The notes under the pieces: generated by a model | The model's database searches: none | The model's input: only the letters and a program-made list of their open reading frames with translations | Told to the model about the DNA's origin: nothing | Made by a program: the position numbers and the translations under genes | Shown here: piece after piece, positions 19,634 through 28,004 of the stretch | Numbering within the stretch: position 1 is the first letter of the stretch | Layout of the letters: every line of letters starts with the position of its first letter | Assembly (NCBI GenBank): GCA_017390195.1 | Contig: JAFPCR010000088.1 | Coordinates: 1 to 40,914 of the forward strand | From: Clostridia bacterium | Lineage (GTDB): Bacteria; Bacillota; Clostridia; Oscillospirales; CAG-272 | DNA length: 40,914 bases | Direction: 5' to 3'

Positions 19634-19811
19634 ATTTCAAGCAAAATCGAATAGATAATATTACCTTTTTTATTTCACATAAAACGAAGAAAAAAAGCCG
19701 ACAATATCTTTGACGGAATGATAAAATCAAGTTGTCTTCAATTTAAATATCTATTTTTGTTGAGAAACTCGGTTTGTCATCCGAAAAAGGCATATTATGG
19801 AGGAAGCTCTA

Positions 19812-20030
19812 ATGGTTATGGACCGCATCGCTCTTCTTCTTTCTGTAATCGGTTCACTTAACTGGGGATTGGTCGGCATATTTAGATTTGACCTGGTCGC
19901 ATGGATCTTCGGCGGTTCGGGTGCGATCGGAAGCCGCATAATTTATACGATCATTGCCTTAGCCGGCATATGGTGCATTACTCTTGTTTTCCGTGCAAGA
20001 GACGCTTTCAAGTCTTTTGACGAAGAATAA
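19812..20030 (+). CDS. DUF378 (YuzA-like) small membrane protein
   Basis: IGSLNWGLVGIF.FDLVA.IFG...SRIIY motif; GGAGG RBS 8 nt upstream of ATG 19812. Confidence 0.88.
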   Translation: MVMDRIALLLSVIGSLNWGLVGIFRFDLVAWIFGGSGAIGSRIIYTIIALAGIWCITLVFRARDAFKSFDEE

Positions 20031-20098
20031 CTGCGGAGTCTTATCTTTCGGCAGATAATTATTTGCCCAAAACCGATTAAAAAGAATAGATCAAAAAC

Positions 20099-20139
20099 AG
20101 GGGTGAGCCAAATGCAAAATGCATTTGATACTCACCCCT
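20099..20139. repeat. Intergenic palindrome family A, copy 1 (probable terminator)
   Basis: aggggtgag-c-caaatgca-aaa-tgcatttg-ata-ctcacccct; nearly identical to 31119-31158. Confidence 0.8.
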
Positions 20140-20147
20140 ACGCTTTA

Positions 20148-21527
20148 TTACTTTCTGTCTTTGAGTTCGATATAATCCTCAGATGAAGAAATGCACTTGT
20201 ATCCCGGACGGATAATGCGTTTAGATGTGCAAAGCTCCTCCATACGGTGTGCACACCAGCCCGCAACACGTGCAATAGCAAACAAAGGTGTGTACATCTC
20301 TATCGGAATGTTGAGCATCTTATAAATAAGTCCCGAATACAGATCGACATTAGCACATATATCCTTGTGCGTACCCTTGTAGTCGTTGATTATATCGGGA
20401 GATATACGCTCTACCATTTCGATCAGATCATAATCCTTTTCAAAGCCTCTGTCATATGCAAATTTCTTTGCGTATGATTTGAGCATAACGGTTCTGGGAT
20501 CGGATTTGGTGTAAACTGCATGTCCCATTCCGTATATCAAGCCGCCATTGTCATATTCCTTTCCTTCAAGTATTCTCTTGAGGAAGCAGGAAACCTCGTC
20601 AACGTTGGTCGTGTCTGATACCTTGCTCTTGATACAGTCGAACATCTCCTGAACCTTGATATTAGCACCTCCGTGCTTAGGTCCCTTCAATGCACCGATC
20701 GCCGCACCGAGTGCAGCATATGTATCTGTTCCCGACGATGAAAGCACACGGCATGCAAACGCCGAGTTGTTTCCTCCGCCATGCTCAGCGTGGATCACCA
20801 GACACATATCAAGCAGTCTTGCTTCTTCTTCGGTGAAACTCTTGTCAGGACGTGAAATCCTCAAAAAGTTCTGTGCTGTACCCAAATTGTTCTTGGGGTT
20901 TATCAAGTGAAGGCTTCTGCCCTGAAATTCGTTGCGGTAAACTGCATACGCATGTGCTGCGATAACGGGCATTCTTGCCACAATCTCCATGCTCTGTCTG
21001 AGCATATTTTCGAGCGATGTGTCGTCTGCACGGTCGTCGTATGAATAGAGTGAAAGCACACTTGTCGCCATCTTGTTCATTATCGAACGTGACGGAGCTT
21101 TCATTATTACATCTTCGGTAAATCTTGCAGGAAGATTTCTGTATTCGTTGAGCAGACCCGTAAATTCCTCAAGCTGACTCTCTGTCGGGAGCTTACCGAA
21201 GAAAAGCAGATAGATACATTCCTCAAATCCGTATCTGTCCTCCAAAATAGCGTGATTTATAAGATCAGAGACGTTATATCCACGGTATTCAAGCACACCG
21301 TCTACCGGGGTTTTCTCCCCTTCGTTTATAATATATCCGTGTGCCTTTCCTATCTTTGTCACACCTGCGGTAACTCCCGATCCGTCAGCCTCACGGAGAC
21401 CTCTTTTTACGTGATAGTTGTCAAAGGCACTTGCAGGGATACTATATGCCCCTCGTGCGTGTTCAAGCAAATGCTCAAAACGCTCTCTGCTTTCGTCTTT
21501 ATTCATTTTCATTTTTTCGTCGTTCAT
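20148..21527 (-). CDS. gltA: Citrate synthase (Si-type family)
   Basis: HAEHGGGNNS, LKGPKHGGAN, GMGHAVY..SDPR and ANVDLYSG; start at 21527 behind GGGAGG. Confidence 0.93.
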   Translation of the reverse strand: MNDEKMKMNKDESRERFEHLLEHARGAYSIPASAFDNYHVKRGLREADGSGVTAGVTKIGKAHGYIINEGEKTPVDGVLEYRGYNVSDLINHAILEDRYGFEECIYLLFFGKLPTESQLEEFTGLLNEYRNLPARFTEDVIMKAPSRSIMNKMATSVLSLYSYDDRADDTSLENMLRQSMEIVARMPVIAAHAYAVYRNEFQGRSLHLINPKNNLGTAQNFLRISRPDKSFTEEEARLLDMCLVIHAEHGGGNNSAFACRVLSSSGTDTYAALGAAIGALKGPKHGGANIKVQEMFDCIKSKVSDTTNVDEVSCFLKRILEGKEYDNGGLIYGMGHAVYTKSDPRTVMLKSYAKKFAYDRGFEKDYDLIEMVERISPDIINDYKGTHKDICANVDLYSGLIYKMLNIPIEMYTPLFAIARVAGWCAHRMEELCTSKRIIRPGYKCISSSEDYIELKDRK

Positions 21528-21729
21528 CGAAAGACCTCCCTGCGTAATAAATCTCAATATAGAACTTATTATACCACATTTTTGCAATTTTACAATAGGA
21601 AAAATGCAAATTCTTTGATTTTTTTACATACAAACGCTACTTTAGTATGCAAATAATGCAAAAGCACAAACCAAAACGTGCATTTCGGAGCACCGCATTT
21701 GTGAGTTTCGATCCTTTTGCGTATCGCAA

Positions 21730-21772
21730 AAACAAGAAATACCTCTCGCATAGCGAGAGGTATTTCTTGTTT
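21730..21772 (-). terminator. tRNA terminator; palindrome family B, copy 1
   Basis: Perfect 20-bp arms aaacaagaaatacctctcgc-ata-gcgagaggtatttcttgttt. Confidence 0.85.
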
Positions 21773-21858
21773 GGTGCCGGTGGCGGGGGTCGAACCCGCA
21801 CCCTGTCGCCAGGACTGGATTTTGAGTCCAGCACGTCTGCCAATTCCATCACACCGGC
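21772..21858 (-). tRNA. tRNA-Leu(CAA), 87 nt, CCA encoded
   Basis: GCCGGTG/CACCGGC acceptor stem; CTGGA-CTCAAAA-TCCAG anticodon arm; long variable arm; GTTCGA T-loop. Confidence 0.97.
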
Positions 21859-21949
21859 TTTTCGGTTTTCGACAACCTCAACTCGACGCTTTGGTTGCGA
21901 TGCGATGTGTTCAGACAGGCAATTCCCTGCCTATTCGCACATCGCACCT

Positions 21950-21979
21950 ATTATACCACAGCAACTTTTAAAATGTCAA
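21950..21979 (-). promoter_or_regulatory. sigmaA promoter of tRNA-Leu
   Basis: TTGACA-18 nt-TATAAT with TGn. Confidence 0.75.
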
Positions 21980-22015
21980 GTACTAAAATCATTTTTGTGG
22001 GCAGAATTTCAAAAA

Positions 22016-23977
22016 TTATTCAAGCTCGAATTTACCTGTATAAAGCTGATAATATTTGCCCTTTTCCTCTATCAGCTTATCATGTGTTCCACGCTCTATT
22101 ATCCTACCATTTTCGAGAACCATGATAACATCGGAGTTCTTAACGGTAGACAGCCTGTGTGCTATTACAAAGACCGTTCTTCCCTTCATAAGTCCGTCCA
22201 TGCCCTTTTGAACGAGTGCCTCTGTACGTGTATCGATGGATGACGTTGCCTCGTCGAGGATCATTACGGGCGGGTCTGCAACTGCCGCACGGGCGATAGA
22301 CAGAAGCTGTCTCTGACCTTGAGAAAGATTCGTTCCGTTTGCGGTAAGCATCGTATTATATCCCTCGGGCAGACGGGTTATAAAGTCATCTGCGTTTGCC
22401 AGCTTTGCGGCGGCGATACATTCCTCATCGGTAGCGTCAAGCTTTCCGTATCGGATATTATCCATAACAGTTCCCGTAAAGAGATTCGTATCCTGCAAAA
22501 CGACTCCGAGCGAGCGTCGCAGGTCTGCCTTTTTGATCTTGTTGATATTTATTCCGTCATATCTTATCTTTCCGTCATCTATATCGTAGAAACGGTTGAT
22601 AAGGTTTGTAATGGTCGTCTTTCCTGCACCGGTAGCACCGACAAAAGCCACCTTCTGTCCCGGCTTTGCATAAAGCGTGATGTCACTCAGGACCTGCTTT
22701 TCGGGTACATATCCGAAGTCCATATGCTCTATCGTGACTTCGCCACGAAGCTCGGTATAGGTGATGCTTCCGTCACCGTGCTGGTGCTTCCATGCCCAAA
22801 GTCCTGTTCTCTCTGCGGTCTCAACGATCTCGCCATTCTCACGCGTTGCGTTGACAAGCACTACATATCCCTCGTCCTTCTCAGGCTCGGTGTCGAGCAA
22901 TTCGAACACACGTTTTGCACCCGCCATAGCCATAACTACCGAGTTTATCTGCTGAGAGACCTGACTCACGTTGTTGGTAAATTGCTTGGATATATTAAGG
23001 AACGGAACTACTACTGCTATCTTCTGAATAGTACTCATATATTCGATCCCGCCGAGCGATACGTTCGGAATACCCTCGCTGACAACAATGATGCCGCCAA
23101 CAAAGGCAACAAGCACATACAGAATGTTTCCTATATTGCCCATGATAGGCATAAGAATATTCGCAAATCTGTTTGCGTTTGTAGCATCGTGGCAAAGCTC
23201 GTCATTTATCTTATCAAATTTTTCGACGCTCTTTTCCTCATAGCAAAAGACCTTGACGACCTTCTGACCGTTCATCATTTCTTCGACAAAGCCCTCTTCC
23301 TTTGCTATCGAACGCTGCATCCTGATGAAGTTACCTGCACTTTTTCCCCCTATGCCTTTAGCCGCCATCACCATTGCAACACTTGCAAGTGCAACGACGA
23401 GTGCCATCCACGCACTGAGATACAGCATATTGAATATCAAGGAGCAAACTATAAGTGCCGCTTGGATAAGATGCGGCAACGTAACCGACACAAGCTCACG
23501 CACGGTATCGATATCGTTTGTATAATGCGACATTATATCGCCGTGTGCATTAGTATCGAAATAGCGTATCGGGAAATCCTGCATTTTGAGGAACATCTTC
23601 TTACGCATACTGTTAAGGAAGCTCTGTGTTACGACTGCCATTACTCTGGTATATATGAATGATGCCAGCCAACCTGTCGCATAGATACAGAGCATTGTTG
23701 TCACAAGTGTGATCAGCCTTATGTATACAGCATCGAGTCCGAGCTGAAGTCCGTCGTTTATGAGCAGTATATACTGTTCCATAAACAGACCCGCTATAGT
23801 CGATGCCAACGACACGACTACGATACAGGCAGTGACAAATATCATCTGCACCTTGTATTCCTTGAACAACAGCTTGAGTATTCTGAAAATAACTCCTATC
23901 GGGGGGGCTGCTTTTGTGCCTGATGCCGTATTGTTATTTTCATTCAAGTGAGCTTTAGCCTTGACATTAGTCTTCAT
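22016..23977 (-). CDS. Heterodimeric ABC exporter subunit (TMD+NBD, canonical Walker B and H-switch)
   Basis: GATGAGKTT, LSQGQ, LDEATSS and IAHRL; N-terminal TM helices. Confidence 0.92.
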   Translation of the reverse strand: MKTNVKAKAHLNENNNTASGTKAAPPIGVIFRILKLLFKEYKVQMIFVTACIVVVSLASTIAGLFMEQYILLINDGLQLGLDAVYIRLITLVTTMLCIYATGWLASFIYTRVMAVVTQSFLNSMRKKMFLKMQDFPIRYFDTNAHGDIMSHYTNDIDTVRELVSVTLPHLIQAALIVCSLIFNMLYLSAWMALVVALASVAMVMAAKGIGGKSAGNFIRMQRSIAKEEGFVEEMMNGQKVVKVFCYEEKSVEKFDKINDELCHDATNANRFANILMPIMGNIGNILYVLVAFVGGIIVVSEGIPNVSLGGIEYMSTIQKIAVVVPFLNISKQFTNNVSQVSQQINSVVMAMAGAKRVFELLDTEPEKDEGYVVLVNATRENGEIVETAERTGLWAWKHQHGDGSITYTELRGEVTIEHMDFGYVPEKQVLSDITLYAKPGQKVAFVGATGAGKTTITNLINRFYDIDDGKIRYDGININKIKKADLRRSLGVVLQDTNLFTGTVMDNIRYGKLDATDEECIAAAKLANADDFITRLPEGYNTMLTANGTNLSQGQRQLLSIARAAVADPPVMILDEATSSIDTRTEALVQKGMDGLMKGRTVFVIAHRLSTVKNSDVIMVLENGRIIERGTHDKLIEEKGKYYQLYTGKFELE

Positions 23978-25712
23978 CGCTTTCCGCCCCCTTTGTCTGA
24001 GATTCATAAATTCCCCTATATATAGGACTTATACACAAAAGCTCCTCATGAGTTCCCATAGACTCTATCTTTCCGCCGTCAAGAACGATTATCTTGTCTG
24101 CGTGTTCAACTGAGGAAACTCGCTGAGCTATGATGATCTTTGTAGTGTCGGGTATCTCCTCGGCAAACGCCTTGCGTATTATAGCATCGGTCTTTGTATC
24201 GACCGCACTCGTGGAGTCATCAAGGATAAGTATCTTCGGCTTTTTGAGCAACGCACGGGCAATGCAAAGTCTCTGCTTTTGTCCGCCCGAAACGTTAGTA
24301 CCGCCCTGTGTGATATTTGTATCATAACCGTAGGGGAAGGTCTTTATAAACTCGTCTGCCTGTGCAAGACGGCAGATACGTTCCATTTCCTCGTCGGTAG
24401 CGTTCTCATTTCCCCAACGCAGATTCTCTTTGATCGTTCCCGAGAAAAGAACGTTCTTTTGCAATACCATTGCGACCTGATTTCTCAAGGTCTCGATGTC
24501 GTAATCACGAACATCCACTCCTCCGACCTTAACGCTTCCCTGACCTACATCGTAGAGTCTCGGAATAAGCTGAACCAAGCTCGTCTTACCGCTTCCCGTT
24601 CCGCCTATGATACCGACCGTCTCGCCTGATGCTATAGTCAGATTTATATCGGCAAGCGACTGCCTTTCCGCCTTTTCGGAATATGAGAAGCTTACATTAT
24701 CAAATACGATACTTCCGTCAGCGATCTCGTTTATCGGATTTTCGGGATTTTTGATGCTGCTCTCCTCGTCGAGGACTTCAACTATTCTGTTTGCAGATTC
24801 GAGTGACATAGTTATCATCACTATTATCATCGAGAGCATCATAAGGCTCATAAGTATCTGTGCACCATATGTAAGAAGTGTCGAAAATCCTGCAATATCG
24901 AGATCGGCTCCGCTCGATGTGATGATCAACTGTGAGCCGAAGAAGCAAACCAAGAGCATCAGTACATTGAAGCAGAACTGCATCAAGGGGCTGTTAAGTG
25001 CGAGTATCTTTTCTGCACGTGTAAAGTCCTGACAGACCTCGTCGGATGCCTTTGCAAACTTTTTCTTTTCGTAATCCTCACGAACAAAGGATTTAACGAC
25101 TCTCATACCCGAAACGTTTTCCTGAACCGATTCGTTAAGCTTGTCGTATTTTTTGAAAACCTTTTTGAATATGGGAAAGGCTTTTTTGATAATTAAAGCA
25201 AGTCCTACCGCAAGCACCGGTATTATGACCGCAAATGCTACCGACATCTTAGGACTCGTTACGATCGCCATCGTAAGTGCAAACATGAGCATGAGCGGAC
25301 ATCGAACGGCTGTTCTGATTATCATCATATACGCCATCTGAACATATGAAACGTCTGTCGTAAGACGGGTCACAAGTCCCGGTGTCGAAAACTTGTCCAT
25401 GTTCGCAAAGGAATAGCCCTGTATCTTGCTGTACATATCGTGTCGCAGATTCTTTGAAAAACCGCAGGCTGCAACAGCAGCAAAGTTACCCGACAACGCA
25501 CCGCACGAAAGTGACGCCAACGCAAGAGCGATAAGTATAAGTCCATATTTAACTATAGTAAGTATATCACATTGGTTTTGTATGTTTCGTACAAGTTGGG
25601 CAGTAACAAGAGGGATAAAACACTCTATCACTACCTCTGCTGATACAAAAATCGGAGCCAAAATTGATGCTTTTTTGTATTCCCGTATACTTCGGGCCAA
25701 TTTTTTTATCAT
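23967..25712 (-). CDS. Heterodimeric ABC exporter subunit (TMD+NBD, degenerate site)
   Basis: GGTGSGKTS, VSGGQ, LDDSTSAVD and IAQRV, the non-canonical pattern of TM287/LmrC-type subunits. Confidence 0.92.
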   Translation of the reverse strand: MIKKLARSIREYKKASILAPIFVSAEVVIECFIPLVTAQLVRNIQNQCDILTIVKYGLILIALALASLSCGALSGNFAAVAACGFSKNLRHDMYSKIQGYSFANMDKFSTPGLVTRLTTDVSYVQMAYMMIIRTAVRCPLMLMFALTMAIVTSPKMSVAFAVIIPVLAVGLALIIKKAFPIFKKVFKKYDKLNESVQENVSGMRVVKSFVREDYEKKKFAKASDEVCQDFTRAEKILALNSPLMQFCFNVLMLLVCFFGSQLIITSSGADLDIAGFSTLLTYGAQILMSLMMLSMIIVMITMSLESANRIVEVLDEESSIKNPENPINEIADGSIVFDNVSFSYSEKAERQSLADINLTIASGETVGIIGGTGSGKTSLVQLIPRLYDVGQGSVKVGGVDVRDYDIETLRNQVAMVLQKNVLFSGTIKENLRWGNENATDEEMERICRLAQADEFIKTFPYGYDTNITQGGTNVSGGQKQRLCIARALLKKPKILILDDSTSAVDTKTDAIIRKAFAEEIPDTTKIIIAQRVSSVEHADKIIVLDGGKIESMGTHEELLCISPIYRGIYESQTKGAESDED

Positions 25713-25823
25713 CTGAATAATTCCTTTCACAAATTCGGTTATATATCTTCCCTAAGACAAAAACGAGTTTCAAGTGAAGCCTACACCTTGAATTTAAAGC
25801 ATATTTAATTCAAAACATATTTT

Positions 25824-25853
25824 ATTATATATTTCATCATACTCACATGTCAA
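25824..25853 (-). promoter_or_regulatory. sigmaA promoter of the ABC exporter pair
   Basis: TTGACA-18 nt-TATAAT. Confidence 0.65.
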
Positions 25854-25934
25854 CGCTCGGCAAGTAAAATTTACAATAATTTTAAATGACACACCATCAA
25901 ATATCACAATTTGGGAAAAGTCAGACATCGCCCT

Positions 25935-25964
25935 GTCGCACAATGCACCCGAACAGAATATATT
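25935..25964 (+). promoter_or_regulatory. Possible mother-cell (sigmaE-like) promoter of the sleC cluster
   Basis: GTCGCACA-14 nt-AATATATT, with geometry like sigmaE promoters; weak -35 match. Confidence 0.35.
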
Positions 25965-25998
25965 TATTAAAAAGACTTTTTTTGGGGAGGTATTTTAA

Positions 25999-26463
25999 AT
26001 GAATGATAATATCAGCAACGGTAACATCTTTTCAAATGTTCCGCCCGAATACACACAGACAGGTTATCTTATAGTAAGAGTATCGACGGCAAGAGGAGCA
26101 ATACCGCTTGAAAACGCCACCGTGACCGTGCGTGGATATGACCCGTCAACGATTCCCGATGTCAGCTCGGGAGTGCTTGTTTCAACACGTACGAACCCCG
26201 ACGGAAGCACCGTCCGCATCGCTCTTCCGGCACTTCCGAAGGCTCTTTCACAGGAATCGGGTAACGGAAAAAGCTTTGCCACATATAACATTGACGTAGC
26301 GGCACCCGGATACTATCTGCAAAGCAATATCAACGTGCCGATATTCGAGGGGATAACGGCAGTCCAGAACAGTTATCTTATTCCTTTGCCCGAAAACACG
26401 ACAATCGGTAATGAATATTACGACAGAATAAGATATTTCGAGGGAGAAAACCCGAATCTGTAA
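25999..26463 (+). CDS. Stand-alone SleC N-terminal pre-domain-like protein (carboxypeptidase-regulatory-like beta sandwich)
   Basis: GYLIVRV...PLENATVTV...TNPDG....LPA.....S......ATYNIDVAAPGY follows the recalled N-terminal pattern of clostridial SleC; GGGGAGG RBS. Confidence 0.75.
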   Translation: MNDNISNGNIFSNVPPEYTQTGYLIVRVSTARGAIPLENATVTVRGYDPSTIPDVSSGVLVSTRTNPDGSTVRIALPALPKALSQESGNGKSFATYNIDVAAPGYYLQSNINVPIFEGITAVQNSYLIPLPENTTIGNEYYDRIRYFEGENPNL

Positions 26464-26522
26464 GCAAACTCCAATTTTTGAAGAAAGGATCTTTTGCCAA
26501 TGCAAAAGCCACGGTAACAGTC

Positions 26523-27920
26523 ATGCCGACGACCCCTGTCATTCCTCAGTTTATCACCGTACACCTCGGTGCTCCCGACGAAGAGGCACTGAATGTGACG
26601 GTTCCGTTTATGGATTATGTGAAAAATGTAGCATCGAGCGAGATATACCCCACATGGCCCGAAAATTCAATACGTGCAAATATTTATGCACAGATATCCT
26701 TTGCTTTGAACCGTATATACACCGAATACTACCGTTCGAGAGGATACGATTTCGATATAACAAATTCTACTGCGTTCGACCAATTTTTCGTTGACGAACG
26801 TAACATATTTGAGAATATATCACAGACGGTATCCGAAATATTCGACAGCTATATCCGCCGTCAAGGGTTCATAGAACCTCTGTTCGCACAGTATTGCAAC
26901 GGAACTACGGTGACCTGCAACGGTCTGTCTCAATGGGGTACGGTAGACCTTGCGAACCAAGGGCTTACACCGTATGAGATACTTCAGTTTTACTACGGCA
27001 ACGATATCGATATAGTAACCGATGTACCCGTACAGAACGTGACGGCATCTCTTCCACCTAACCCCTTGAGAATAGGCTCTGTCGGCGATGATGTAAGACA
27101 AATACAAATAAGGCTGAACCGCATCTCAGACAACTACCCCTCGATCCCTAAAATATATCCCACCGACGGAATTTTTACGACAGACACATTTAATGCAGTA
27201 ACGACATTCCAGCAAATATTCAACCTGACTCCCGACGGAGTCGTCGGCAGAGCTACGTGGTATTCAATACAGATGATCTACAATGCCGTGAAACGTCTGA
27301 ATGAGATAAATTCTGAGGGTCTGCGGCTTGATGAGATCTCAAAGCAGTTTCCCTCGGTTCTTTCGCTCGGGTCAAGAGGTGCGGGAGTTCAGACCCTCCA
27401 ATATTTTTTAACATATCTTTCGAACTATTACAATTCTATTCCCCCCGTAGCCATTGACGGTGTGTTCGGGGAAAGCACTCGTGCCGCCGTAATAGACCTG
27501 CAAAACACCTTCGGGCTTACTCCCGACGGAATCGTCGGTGCTAATACGTGGGACACTATGTATAACGCCTATGTTGATATAGTCTCAACTATTCCTCTGA
27601 AGTATGTCGAGGGAAACATCGTTCCGTTTCAAGGAAACATTTTGCGGATCGGCTCAGAATCCGACGAGGTAAGACTTCTTCAGGAATACCTCAACTATAT
27701 CGCAAACGTATATACAGAGATACCTCAGGTAAATGTGACCGGATTTTTCGGAACGAGGACACAGGAGGCGGTCATCGTATTTCAACGTCTGTTCGGTCTT
27801 GAACAAAACGGTCTTGTCGGCTCTGTAACATGGAATGCCATAACAGATGTTTACAGTGACATATTCAACGGCTCTCGTCTGAATGAGGGTCAGCACCCCG
27901 GATACGAGATCGGAGCATAA
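26523..27920 (+). CDS. sleC: SleC-like spore cortex-lytic enzyme: SpoIID-type catalytic domain plus three PG_binding_1 domains
   Basis: PVIPQFITVH, DYVKNVASSEIYPTWP, SFALNRIYTEYYR, AQYCNG, SQWG and three DG.FG/DG.VG..TW-type repeats; exact start uncertain (26478 or 26523). Confidence 0.88.
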   Translation: MPTTPVIPQFITVHLGAPDEEALNVTVPFMDYVKNVASSEIYPTWPENSIRANIYAQISFALNRIYTEYYRSRGYDFDITNSTAFDQFFVDERNIFENISQTVSEIFDSYIRRQGFIEPLFAQYCNGTTVTCNGLSQWGTVDLANQGLTPYEILQFYYGNDIDIVTDVPVQNVTASLPPNPLRIGSVGDDVRQIQIRLNRISDNYPSIPKIYPTDGIFTTDTFNAVTTFQQIFNLTPDGVVGRATWYSIQMIYNAVKRLNEINSEGLRLDEISKQFPSVLSLGSRGAGVQTLQYFLTYLSNYYNSIPPVAIDGVFGESTRAAVIDLQNTFGLTPDGIVGANTWDTMYNAYVDIVSTIPLKYVEGNIVPFQGNILRIGSESDEVRLLQEYLNYIANVYTEIPQVNVTGFFGTRTQEAVIVFQRLFGLEQNGLVGSVTWNAITDVYSDIFNGSRLNEGQHPGYEIGA

Positions 27921-28004
27921 AAACAAAACGAATCTCTTCCACGTCAGTCATACGGCACAAATTCAACGAAAGGCTGCCTTTCACGAAAAGGCATGATATA
28001 CAGT

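Noticed and set aside
19768-19797. Sporulation sigma -10-like GGCATATTA before DUF378
   Set aside because: It abuts the RBS and has no correctly spaced -35 element.
21638-21657. Second HisR-like site (TACTTTA) upstream of gltA
   Set aside because: Only one half-site matches.
16054-21858. Integrative element suggested by tmRNA, a tyrosine recombinase and tRNA-Leu
   Set aside because: No duplicated tmRNA or tRNA 3' end was seen, the recombinase looks like housekeeping XerC, and the neighbours are core genes.
21637-22243. Short ORFs overlapping the tRNA region
   Set aside because: They overlap tRNA-Leu, its promoter and its terminator, and have no protein-like motifs.
23967-25712. Non-canonical Walker B and switch residues as a sign of inactivation
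   Set aside because: This is the normal degenerate site of heterodimeric ABC exporters.
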